DNA from: an uncultured virus (IMG/VR IMGVR_UViG_2522572172_000008)
Taxonomy: Duplodnaviria; Heunggongvirae; Uroviricota; Caudoviricetes
DNA: 64,000 nt
Virus record (IMG/VR): IMGVR_UViG_2522572172_000008
Direction: 5' to 3' (one strand)
The notes beneath the pieces were generated by a model that did no database searches, was not told the origin of the DNA, and was given only the letters and a program-made list of their open reading frames with translations. A program made the translations under genes and the position numbers. Below are positions 46,759 to 55,507 of this stretch, one piece after another (the stretch's first letter is position 1; each line of letters begins with the position of its first letter).

Positions 46759-48339
46759 TTACAATTCAATACTTTCAATTTCTTTCATTTGGTCTCCATC
46801 TGATTCAATAATCGTTCTTACTAAATCCAATAATCTATCAGAATACCCTCTTACATAAATGACTGAGCTATCTTTAGATACTTTATGACCTGATTCGGCT
46901 AATTGCCAAATGATTAGCTTTGCTCCCGTTTTTTGGTTAATCTTCAACCATGCACGTTCTAAATTATCAGCAGATTCATTATCCGTAAAAAGAATGACAA
47001 AATCTTCGTTTTTATACGCATTAAGCAACTGACTGAAATTAGTCCCGTATCCCACCATCGTAGATTCAATTTTATCCGCCATTTCAAAAACGTTATCTTG
47101 ACTACGTAGTTCTACTTTTTGTGACGTTGTAGCCACTGCAACGACCTCTGTATTATTATGAGATTTTTTAACCATGGCTCCAAATAGTGTAGCGATTTCC
47201 ATAGGAGATAACCCTCCAAGCACACCAGAAGTCATAGAGCCAGAAGTATCTACGCCCACTTTCAAGCTTTTGTTCTCATTAATAGAAAACGCTTCTTGTG
47301 CTACATCACGAAGTAACTTCCCTAAGGCTTTTTGGAACTCAGGAGTCACAACTTTCTTATTCGCCTGAATTAACGCAAATGGCAACATGTGAGAACGTTT
47401 ATATGCTTCTTTATCTGCAATTTTCGCAGAGACCATATCAACAATTTCTGATGGAATGTTCGTTTCAATTACAACGTCTTGTTTAAAGAACTGACCAATA
47501 CTTGGATTATAGACCTCTTCTTTACTAACCTCTGTTGCAAATACACGTTCTAAAGCAACTAAGTTTAAAATAAGTGCATTGTAATTTAAACGCTCATAAA
47601 CGGTTGCATATAAACGTTGCTTATCTTCTGGTAATAACGTAGAAACAGAATGCTTCACTTCTTCTAACTGAATAGAATGCTCTCGGACTAAACTATCCAT
47701 ATATAATGAATACTGTCCTGTTTCCAATCCACTAATAACAATCTTTAATGCTGTAGCTCGTGGGAATGTCAATTCTCCTTTTGAAACATATCTCATCAGC
47801 TTTTGAAAATCTTCATCTTTTGCTAAAGGTCTCGTAACTTTAGCAATATCACTAATTTTATTTTTATAACGAGTGGCTTGATATTCATTAATAAGTTGAA
47901 TAAAACGATTGTTTACTTCTCTTTTTACAGAGCGTCCTAATCCTTTTCGAATACCGCCTTTTCGTGAAATCTCAACAAAGTTATAGAGCATATTGAAATT
48001 GCGAATTATTAGTGGGAATGATTTTTTAAACAAGGACTTATCTTCTAATGTAGAAATATAAACCATCCAAATTGTTGGGACCAGTTTTAACTTCCCTTCA
48101 ACAGCTCCATAAATCGCACATTTCGTTGCAAACTCTGGTTCTTCTTTTAAAGCTCGTTGGAATAACTCCCCTGCATTTTTTAATACATCTTCTTGCTTTG
48201 TATAAAAAGTTCCATTTAATAATCCTAAGGTAAATAATTCGACCAATCGTTCTTTAAAACTATTCTTATATGCCAATGCTCCTTCTTTTGTTAACATCAT
48301 ATCAGGATTCATAGCTTTTACTTTATCAATTGTATTCAT
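46759..48339 (-). CDS. rsr: Ro60-like TROVE/vWA RNA-binding protein (526 aa)
   Basis: TKEGALAY and GTFY N-terminus, GLGRSVKR, vWA MIDAS DTSGSM...GT...TDNE; AAGGGG RBS before ATG 48339. Confidence 0.85.
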   Translation of the reverse strand: MNTIDKVKAMNPDMMLTKEGALAYKNSFKERLVELFTLGLLNGTFYTKQEDVLKNAGELFQRALKEEPEFATKCAIYGAVEGKLKLVPTIWMVYISTLEDKSLFKKSFPLIIRNFNMLYNFVEISRKGGIRKGLGRSVKREVNNRFIQLINEYQATRYKNKISDIAKVTRPLAKDEDFQKLMRYVSKGELTFPRATALKIVISGLETGQYSLYMDSLVREHSIQLEEVKHSVSTLLPEDKQRLYATVYERLNYNALILNLVALERVFATEVSKEEVYNPSIGQFFKQDVVIETNIPSEIVDMVSAKIADKEAYKRSHMLPFALIQANKKVVTPEFQKALGKLLRDVAQEAFSINENKSLKVGVDTSGSMTSGVLGGLSPMEIATLFGAMVKKSHNNTEVVAVATTSQKVELRSQDNVFEMADKIESTMVGYGTNFSQLLNAYKNEDFVILFTDNESADNLERAWLKINQKTGAKLIIWQLAESGHKVSKDSSVIYVRGYSDRLLDLVRTIIESDGDQMKEIESIEL

Positions 48340-48386
48340 CTTAACACGCCCCTTTTGAATATATGGTTTTTTAAATTTAAAACTAA

Positions 48387-48433
48387 AAGAATGAGCCACA
48401 AGAAGATGTATTATCCTCTCATGGCTCATTCTT
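48387..48433 (-). terminator. Long hairpin plus U tract between the RNA array and the ro60 gene
   Basis: AAGAATGAGCCA/TGGCTCATTCTT outer stem extended by G-U pairs, followed on the minus strand by TTAGTTTT. Confidence 0.6.
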
Positions 48434-48461
48434 CTAAAACATGTAACATGTTTATATAAAA

Positions 48462-48626
48462 CATAACGAAGAAGAAGGTGCAAGACAGTGGAGGCTGTAA
48501 AGTATCTAATCTTTTAAAAGAGTAGATACTTGCACGTTATTTTTATTCACATACAAAACACAAAATTCATTTTAGATTTTAATATCTTTAATCAAATTAA
48601 TGTAGTCTTGCAAGCACCTCGTTATG
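48462..48626 (-). ncRNA. Y-RNA-like element, class I copy 3
   Basis: CATAACGAGG-TGCT-TGCAAGAC-TACAT...GTCTTGCA-CCTTCTT-CTTCGTTATG. Confidence 0.7.
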
Positions 48627-48664
48627 ATTTTTTCTACGAAATGTAGAAAGTATAAGAAATGAGC

Positions 48665-48784
48665 TTTGAGGGAGAAGTAATAAGACAGGTGTGAATGTTT
48701 TTTCGTATGAGTGTACGCATAAACAATCCAAGTTTATTTTTTAAAATTTGTCGTATTTGTATGTAGTCTTATCAGCACCTCAAA
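48665..48784 (-). ncRNA. Y-RNA-like element, class I copy 2
   Basis: TTTGAGG-TGCT-GATAAGAC-TACAT...GTCTTATT-ACTTCTC-CCTCAAA. Confidence 0.7.
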
Positions 48785-48873
48785 ATATAAGCAGAAAAAG
48801 AGTAGCTTTCACAATTCCTCTTCTGGTATTAAGAAAAGAAGAGCTTCCACAGTTCTTTTCTTTAAAAAAAGTA

Positions 48874-48988
48874 AGTTATAACTTGAGTAGTCTCCAACCT
48901 AATCAACTACCCTTATTAACTCTTCACCTGTTCCGTAAACATGTGGCGAAATTAATAGGAACCATCCATTTATCTTCATGTTCCAACC
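48874..48988 (-). ncRNA. Structured RNA, class II copy 2
   Basis: GGTTGGAAC...TGGAT..TTCC...GAGTT...TGATTAGGTTGGAG...GTTATAACT, paralogous to 49041-49154. Confidence 0.6.
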
Positions 48989-49040
48989 GTATTTTCGATA
49001 AAAATCGAGATAACTCTACTTACAAAAAATAGAATCATTT

Positions 49041-49154
49041 AGTTATAACCTTGACGACCTCCGACCCAATCATCAACATCAACTCCATAGCAACAAGGTT
49101 AACACCTTTTACTATAGAATTGACGGGAATCTATCCACCGATATAGTTCCAACC
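49041..49154 (-). ncRNA. Structured RNA, class II copy 1
   Basis: GGTTGGAAC...TGGAT...TTCC...GAGTT...TGATTGGGTCGGAG...GTTATAACT. Confidence 0.6.
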
Positions 49155-49195
49155 ACTATTTTTTATGTAAACTCATCATAAGTGTGTTTTACATT

Positions 49196-49270
49196 CTAAC
49201 AAGGAAGAAGGTGCAAGACGTTAGTCCTTTTGGTAAGCTGTCAAATGTAGTCTTGCAAGCACCTCATTAA
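49196..49270 (-). ncRNA. Y-RNA-like element, class I copy 1 (minimal, 75 nt)
   Basis: TTAATGAGG-TGCT-TGCAAGAC-TACAT...GTCTTGCA-CCTTCTT-CCTTGTTAG. Confidence 0.7.
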
Positions 49271-49280
49271 CTATATTTAA

Positions 49281-49309
49281 ATTATAAATTAATTATATAC
49301 TATAGTCAA
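49281..49309 (-). promoter_or_regulatory. sigmaA promoter of the RNA array; -35 lies in the palindromic operator
   Basis: TTGACT-17 bp-TATAAT, with predicted start a few nt before class I copy 1. Confidence 0.8.
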
Positions 49310-49385
49310 TAAAAATATTATATTTTTTTATTTTATATAGTCTTATAAAATGAATTTTTTATTTCAACTTCAATATAATAGATAG

Positions 49386-49610
49386 TGATTCCTGTTGACC
49401 AAGCAACATAATAACTCGATAAGGGAGAATAGACACCTCATCCCGTCTTTCTGGACTTCGGGTGCCAGTGTCGTTGGCAGACAACATACAAATCTGTTAT
49501 ATACATCTTGAGGTTAGATGGTTGGCGAGCAACATAAAAACTTGGTGATTGTATGTTATCTTCCTAACATACAAATAAAAAAGCAGACCCTAAAAGGTCT
49601 GCTTTTCTCT
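49386..49610 (+). ncRNA. Candidate structured RNA divergent from the array
   Basis: TATAAT at 49374; nested stems, UUCG loop, ACCTCA/TGAGGT loop complementarity; terminator 49576-49610. Confidence 0.5.
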
Positions 49611-50374
49611 TATGCTCCTGCTGTAATACCGCCATCAGCCATTACTGTACTACCGACCATACAAGAAGACTCATCAGATGCTAAGAAAGCAACAATGTTC
49701 GCAATCTCTTTTGGTTGAATTGCACGTCCAAGCTTCTGAATTGCAGGTAATTCTTTTAGTACTTCTTCACGCCCTCCAAATAATTCTGCATGTGCATCAT
49801 TGAAAGTTGTATCTACCCATCCTGGACAAACACCATTCACACGAATGTTATCTTTAGCAAAATCAATTGCCATTTGTTTCGTTAACATCTTAATAGCACC
49901 CTTTGAAGTGACATATGCAGATAGTCGTTGCTCTGCAAATTCACTATTCGCTGAAGCCATATTTACAACCGCACCACCACCTGCTTTCTGCATATAAGGA
50001 AGCACGTACTTCGCCATTAAAAAGTATGATTTTACATTCACATTCATTGTTTTTTCCCAATTCTCTTCAGAAAGTTCAATGACAGAGCCAGGAATATTTA
50101 CACCTGCGTTATTTGATAAGATGTCAATTCGTCCAAATTTATCAAATGTATAGTCTACGACACGTTTTACCGCATCTGCATTTGAAACATCCGTATAAAC
50201 AAAGAACACCTCATGTCCTTGTCTTCTTAGCTCTACTGCTAATGCATTCCCCTCTTTTTCTAACACATCTGCAATGACTACTTTCGCACCTTCATCTATG
50301 AATTTACGAACAATAGCTCCTCCAATTCCTCGGGCTCCACCTGTTACAATTGCTACTTTATTTTCTAATTTCAT
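49610..50374 (-). CDS. Short-chain dehydrogenase/reductase
   Basis: TGGARGIG, NNAG and YVTSK motifs. Confidence 0.93.
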   Translation of the reverse strand: MKLENKVAIVTGGARGIGGAIVRKFIDEGAKVVIADVLEKEGNALAVELRRQGHEVFFVYTDVSNADAVKRVVDYTFDKFGRIDILSNNAGVNIPGSVIELSEENWEKTMNVNVKSYFLMAKYVLPYMQKAGGGAVVNMASANSEFAEQRLSAYVTSKGAIKMLTKQMAIDFAKDNIRVNGVCPGWVDTTFNDAHAELFGGREEVLKELPAIQKLGRAIQPKEIANIVAFLASDESSCMVGSTVMADGGITAGA

Positions 50375-50484
50375 ATCTATCTACCTTCTCTCTTTTTATT
50401 TATGTATTTTATTTATCTGTTTTCTAAAAAATAGAACACAAAGATAAATCATCTATGTGTTCTATGTATTTATTATTTTGTTTA

Positions 50485-51819
50485 TTACATATTCTCGATT
50501 TTAGGGACGATTTTATAACCTTTTGATTTAATCGCACCAATTACAATCCCCACGAATACCCATGAGAAACCTGCACCATAAGCAAGCATGTCAAATCCTG
50601 TCCATACGTAACCACATACTAAGATACCTACCATAGGAGCCATTACATGTAATAAGAAACCTTTAATACCTCTCTGTTTCTTTTTAAAGAAGAAGTAATA
50701 AATAACTGCCATGTTTAAAACAGTAAATGATGTTACTGCTCCAAAGTTAATGAACATCAAAACTGTTGGAATAGAACCTACTAAGATAATAATTGTAGAA
50801 ATTACACCCGCAGTAATAATTGAGTTAACTGGAGTATCATGTTTCGAATGTAATTTAGCAAAGAAGCCAGAGAACGGTAAAATATTGTCTCGTCCCATTG
50901 CATACATGATACGTGATACAGCAGATTGAATGTTTAATGTAGTTGCTACTCCCGCTGATAAAACATTCACAATAATCATAAATTGGAAGAATCCATTCCC
51001 ACCAATTTCTTTAGCAATATCGAATAATGCCATTTCTTCATTTAAATCTGCATGATTTGGATGAGCTAATGTTGCAACATATGTTAATACTAAGAATAGT
51101 AAACCTGTGCAAATTAGTGAGCCAACTGTAGCTAAAGGAATATGCTTTTTAGGATTCTGTGATTCCTCAGATAATGTACTTACACAGTCAAATCCCATGA
51201 AGCCCATTACTGTAATAGAAATAACTGTGGCGAAGAATTTCCAATCAATATGTTCTGGTTGGAATAGTGGTGCTAACGAAAATCCACCTGTACCATGACC
51301 ATCAACAAAGACATATTTAATTGCCAACCCTACGAAAACAACTAATCCAATTAATTGAACGTAAAATAGAATATTATTTACTTTTGCGTTTACTTCAATT
51401 CCTTTTACGTTAATGATTGTATTTACAAGAACAAAGAATAAACTCCAAACAACTGGATTTACACCAGGAACTAAACCTGACATCCAAAGACCTGCAAAAC
51501 TATAAACAAGACCTGGAGCTAAAATATAGTCGGCCAGCAATGTCCAACCTGCCACAAAACCTACATGAGGATTTACCCCTTTCGATACAAAGGTATAAAC
51601 TGAACCTGCATGTAAAAACTCTTTACTAAACTGTGCATAACTTAATGCGGTAAAGAACATTAAAATCATTCCGATGAAGTACACCAGTGGTGCCATTCCG
51701 AAACTTTGATTTGTCACCATCCCGTAAACTTGGAATGGAGCAAGCGGTGACATACTTACCATTCCATAAATAATTAATTGTCTCAATGATAGAGACCTGT
51801 GCAGATGTTGTTCATTCAT
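50485..51819 (-). CDS. APC-family amino acid/polyamine permease
   Basis: About 12 TM helices; AGSVYTF and GFDCVSTLSEE motifs; GGAGG RBS before ATG 51819. Confidence 0.9.
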   Translation of the reverse strand: MNEQHLHRSLSLRQLIIYGMVSMSPLAPFQVYGMVTNQSFGMAPLVYFIGMILMFFTALSYAQFSKEFLHAGSVYTFVSKGVNPHVGFVAGWTLLADYILAPGLVYSFAGLWMSGLVPGVNPVVWSLFFVLVNTIINVKGIEVNAKVNNILFYVQLIGLVVFVGLAIKYVFVDGHGTGGFSLAPLFQPEHIDWKFFATVISITVMGFMGFDCVSTLSEESQNPKKHIPLATVGSLICTGLLFLVLTYVATLAHPNHADLNEEMALFDIAKEIGGNGFFQFMIIVNVLSAGVATTLNIQSAVSRIMYAMGRDNILPFSGFFAKLHSKHDTPVNSIITAGVISTIIILVGSIPTVLMFINFGAVTSFTVLNMAVIYYFFFKKKQRGIKGFLLHVMAPMVGILVCGYVWTGFDMLAYGAGFSWVFVGIVIGAIKSKGYKIVPKIENM

Positions 51820-52154
51820 ACAACTATCAACCTCCAACTTTATAAAATTTTTATACACTCAAATGCAGAATCTATAATAAACATCGTTCAATATGTTTCC
51901 ATCTACAACTGCTGTCGTGCTTAGTTATATTAGCATGATTCGACAACTACCGTCAACTATAGTCAATGAAATATTTTTAATTTTATTTTGGTTAATGAAT
52001 TTTTATGCATTTTTACCACAAGGTAGTAGATTGTATTTTTACTCGTATAATAAAGGTTATAGAAACTATGAAAGGTTACCGAAAAATTGTCCAAAATAAA
52101 AAAGTTACCGTTTTAACGGTAACTCATTCAAAAAAAGTATGTAATATAGAACTC

Positions 52155-54143
52155 TCATTCTTCTTTCTTCAATAAATGTTTGTAAAAAGCAGTACGTATA
52201 GGATTTTTTAGAATATCTTTAACCTCATTTCTAATTGATTCATTTAAATCCGTATTTCCTAACATCAACATGACATACTTATCTTGACCACTTTGGCTTG
52301 TCCCGATAAAATCACCTGTTCCCCTCAATTCTAAATCTTTTTCGGCAATGAGAAATCCATCCGTTGTTTCACACATCGTTTCTAATTTCCTTCGCCCCAT
52401 CTCTGTAGCTTTATCAGATAATAATAAGCAATAGGATTGATAGCTACCACGTCCAACCCTTCCTCTTAATTGGTGTAATTGAGCTAACCCAAAACGCTCT
52501 GCATTCTTAATAAGAATCACTGTTGCATTTGGCACGTTCACACCAACTTCAATAATCGTAGTAGATATAAAAATATCATATTCTTTATTTGCGAATTTTT
52601 CTAATTCAGCATCTATATCTTGTTGCTTCATTTTACCTGTAGCCATTCCTACTCGTATTCCTTTTGGTTCAAAATATGTTTTTGCTTTTGCAAATGCTTC
52701 TTCTACACTTTCCACATCTTTTAGCATGTCACTATTACTTTCTTCTACTAAAGGACAAACGACATATGCCTGTCTTCCGCTCTTCACTTCCTCATAAATC
52801 CTTCGATAAGAATCTTCTTCCACGGTTATCAACGTGGTCTCTACTGGCTTCCTTCCTTTCGGTAATGATTTAATATTCATCACATCTATCGAGTCACCAT
52901 GTATCGTCAGAGCTAAACTACGAGGAATAGGAGTCGCAGACATTGATATGGTATGAACACCTTTACTTGCTTTCAATTGAAGTAACTCCCTTTGTTTGAC
53001 ACCAAAACGATGTTCTTCATCTACAATTGTAAGTGCTAACGATTGAAACTCTACATCTTTGCTTAATACCGCATGAGTTCCTACGACTATATCTACTTCT
53101 CCTTCTTTTATGGCTTTAACAACCTTCTTTCGTTCTCTTACCTTCATGTCTCCCGAAAGATATGCTACCTTAATACCAAAAGAGGAAAATCGTTCCGTTA
53201 TCTCTTCATAGTGTTGTTTTGCCAACACACTTGTTGGACACATTAAGGCTCCTTGATAGCCATTTTCTACTGCCATTAATAAAGAAAAGATAGCAACCAT
53301 TGTTTTTCCACACCCTACATCTCCTTGGATTAAGGCATTCACTCTTTCTTTATTTTTCATTTTCTTTGAAATCATTCTTAAAGCATTTCTTTGTCCCTCT
53401 GTTAATTCAAAAGGCAATTCTCCCATTAGTTGTTTAGATAATTCGAATTTATCTATTTCAAATGGAGATTGCTTCATCTGATTATTTTCATTTTGCAATA
53501 AATTAAGGTTAAAAAAGAATAATTCATCAAATAAAAATCGACTTTTCCCTTCATTTATCTCCTCAGTAGTTTTCGGGAAATGAATATATTGAAGTGCTTT
53601 ACGAAAATAAATCATATCAAATTTTTTAATGATACTATTTTCAAGATATTCATCTGAACGCACAATCGAATACGCACTATTCATACATCTTTTTAAATAA
53701 TCATCACTCATTCCTTTTATTTTTGAATAAACAGGTAGAATTCCAGGATTTAATTCTGAAGATGGTCCATATAAGATAGGATTTGCCATAGAAACAAACT
53801 TTCTATATCCATACGTCACTGAGACTCTTCCACAAAATATATAAGACTCATTAATAGTAAACTTCTGAGCAATATAGGATTGATGAAAGAATGTAACATA
53901 AATAATAGATGCTTTACTATCTTCCACTTTTAAAATAACTGCATTGGGCTTCGTCTTTATTTCTTTCACAATACCTTTTATAGATTGATATTCATCAGGA
54001 ATAGCATCTTGTATTAAGGTTATCTCCCTAAAGTCATAATATTTACGTGGAAAAAATCGAATCAAATCCTCTACTGATTCTATTCCCTTCTTTACAAACT
54101 GATTTTCTTTTGCTTTTGGTATATTTAATAATTGTAGTTCGAT
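52155..54143 (-). CDS. recG: ATP-dependent DNA helicase RecG, probable ATC start
   Basis: QGDVGCGKT, DEEHRFGV, SATPIPRSL, QLHQLRGRVGRG and DLELRG motifs; RecG-like N-terminus extends to ATC 54143 after AGGGAGG. Confidence 0.93.
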   Translation of the reverse strand: MELQLLNIPKAKENQFVKKGIESVEDLIRFFPRKYYDFREITLIQDAIPDEYQSIKGIVKEIKTKPNAVILKVEDSKASIIYVTFFHQSYIAQKFTINESYIFCGRVSVTYGYRKFVSMANPILYGPSSELNPGILPVYSKIKGMSDDYLKRCMNSAYSIVRSDEYLENSIIKKFDMIYFRKALQYIHFPKTTEEINEGKSRFLFDELFFFNLNLLQNENNQMKQSPFEIDKFELSKQLMGELPFELTEGQRNALRMISKKMKNKERVNALIQGDVGCGKTMVAIFSLLMAVENGYQGALMCPTSVLAKQHYEEITERFSSFGIKVAYLSGDMKVRERKKVVKAIKEGEVDIVVGTHAVLSKDVEFQSLALTIVDEEHRFGVKQRELLQLKASKGVHTISMSATPIPRSLALTIHGDSIDVMNIKSLPKGRKPVETTLITVEEDSYRRIYEEVKSGRQAYVVCPLVEESNSDMLKDVESVEEAFAKAKTYFEPKGIRVGMATGKMKQQDIDAELEKFANKEYDIFISTTIIEVGVNVPNATVILIKNAERFGLAQLHQLRGRVGRGSYQSYCLLLSDKATEMGRRKLETMCETTDGFLIAEKDLELRGTGDFIGTSQSGQDKYVMLMLGNTDLNESIRNEVKDILKNPIRTAFYKHLLKKEE

Positions 54144-54298
54144 AGCAACCGCCTCCCTTTTATTTTTCTATTATTATGTTATTAACATAACCACAAAAAT
54201 AAAAAAGGTATGGTGCATAGGTGGTTCTACCATTTTTATTTATACTTCACTTCCATTTTACGTACTATATTCTATACAAAATGAAGGTGGTGGTAGAA

Positions 54299-55264
54299 AT
54301 GAAAGACTGGTTTTTAAAACTATTCAATAAAAATCCCAAAGATACGTCTACATATTTAAAATATGAAGATGGTGAAGTCATTCCATTAAAGACGACAAAT
54401 AAAAGTAAATTAAAAGACGATTTAATAGAAGAAGAAAAACAAAGCCAAACCGTTTTTAAAGAAGATGAACTCCCTAAGAACCGCTCTTTTGGAGGAAATA
54501 TACCGATGCAGTCACAAGAAAGGAAAAAGAAGTTTTCAAAGGTTATTATGTTGATATTTATCATTGTAATATTCGCTTCTTTTTGCCAGTTGTTTTATTA
54601 TTTCCTATCTAAGAATACGACAGTCATCAATAGCAATCATAAAATCGACAGCATAACAAAGAGTGTAAAAAATCAAAAAGAAGCAGAACCGACTAAAAAA
54701 ACGGAAACTACTGTAGAGGATAAATCTGTTTCTAAAACTGACCATTTTGAAAAAGAAAATGCAAAAACAATTGACGAGAAACCTATTTTTTCTTTTGGCC
54801 AAAAAGACTTAAAAGTAAAAAGCATGACAGATGAAAGAAAATCACTTCTCTCACTCTCTTCAGATACACACAATTTCATTTTAGATTCTCTATTAAAATT
54901 AAAATCTGAAGTTATCTTTTATGAAAAAGGGAAATCAAATAAATATATCTTTACGAACGAAACGGACAGATTAACACAACGTATAAACAATGCTAAATCA
55001 TCTCTACAAGCAAAAGAAAAAGAACTATATAATGAAGACATGTCTTCTATTTTTACAAATCTAAATGATAGATTAATTGCTTTAGATACATTAGTTCAAA
55101 CACTTAGAGCCATTGATAGAGAACAAATCATTGATACGACAAATGACTTCATTGAGAAAGAAAATAATACTTCCACTATTTATCAAGATGAATTTAAGAA
55201 GGTATTGGATTCTTATGGTATTACGTACAAAACAGATGAAGGAAAAATCACATATGCACTCTAA
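54299..55264 (+). CDS. Membrane-anchored hypothetical protein
   Basis: One TM segment; AGGTGG RBS. Confidence 0.6.
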   Translation: MKDWFLKLFNKNPKDTSTYLKYEDGEVIPLKTTNKSKLKDDLIEEEKQSQTVFKEDELPKNRSFGGNIPMQSQERKKKFSKVIMLIFIIVIFASFCQLFYYFLSKNTTVINSNHKIDSITKSVKNQKEAEPTKKTETTVEDKSVSKTDHFEKENAKTIDEKPIFSFGQKDLKVKSMTDERKSLLSLSSDTHNFILDSLLKLKSEVIFYEKGKSNKYIFTNETDRLTQRINNAKSSLQAKEKELYNEDMSSIFTNLNDRLIALDTLVQTLRAIDREQIIDTTNDFIEKENNTSTIYQDEFKKVLDSYGITYKTDEGKITYAL

Positions 55265-55308
55265 ACATGTAGAAAGGAGTTTATTATAACTCCTTTCTAT
55301 TTTATTTG

Positions 55309-55339
55309 TTATATAGGTTTATGTTTCGGAGGGGTTTTG
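55309..55339. repeat. 31-bp dispersed repeat, copy 2, upstream of the partition ATPase
   Basis: Identical to 23344-23374. Confidence 0.85.
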
Positions 55340-55507
55340 TTTTTTGTTGCGTATACAAAATATCATGCACATAATATGTTTTCAAATAAAATACTATTTT
55401 CTATTAATACATGAAATATAAAATTTTATACACCTTTTATTGACGTTCTTTGATTTTTCATAGTAAAATCAAGTAAGACGTTAGAAACATTAAGGAGGAT
55501 TCCTTTC

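Noticed and set aside
48340..48483. 48-aa N-terminal extension of the TROVE ORF
   Set aside because: Overlaps an RNA element and a hairpin; the RBS supports ATG 48339.
48748..49032. 94-aa plus-strand ORF, and 49518-49718
   Set aside because: No convincing RBS or protein-like features; they overlap structured RNA candidates or the SDR antisense strand.
48462..49270. CRISPR array or tRNA cluster
   Set aside because: Repeats are bipartite paired stems with irregular spacing, no cas genes are present, and there is no canonical T-loop, anticodon arm or CCA.
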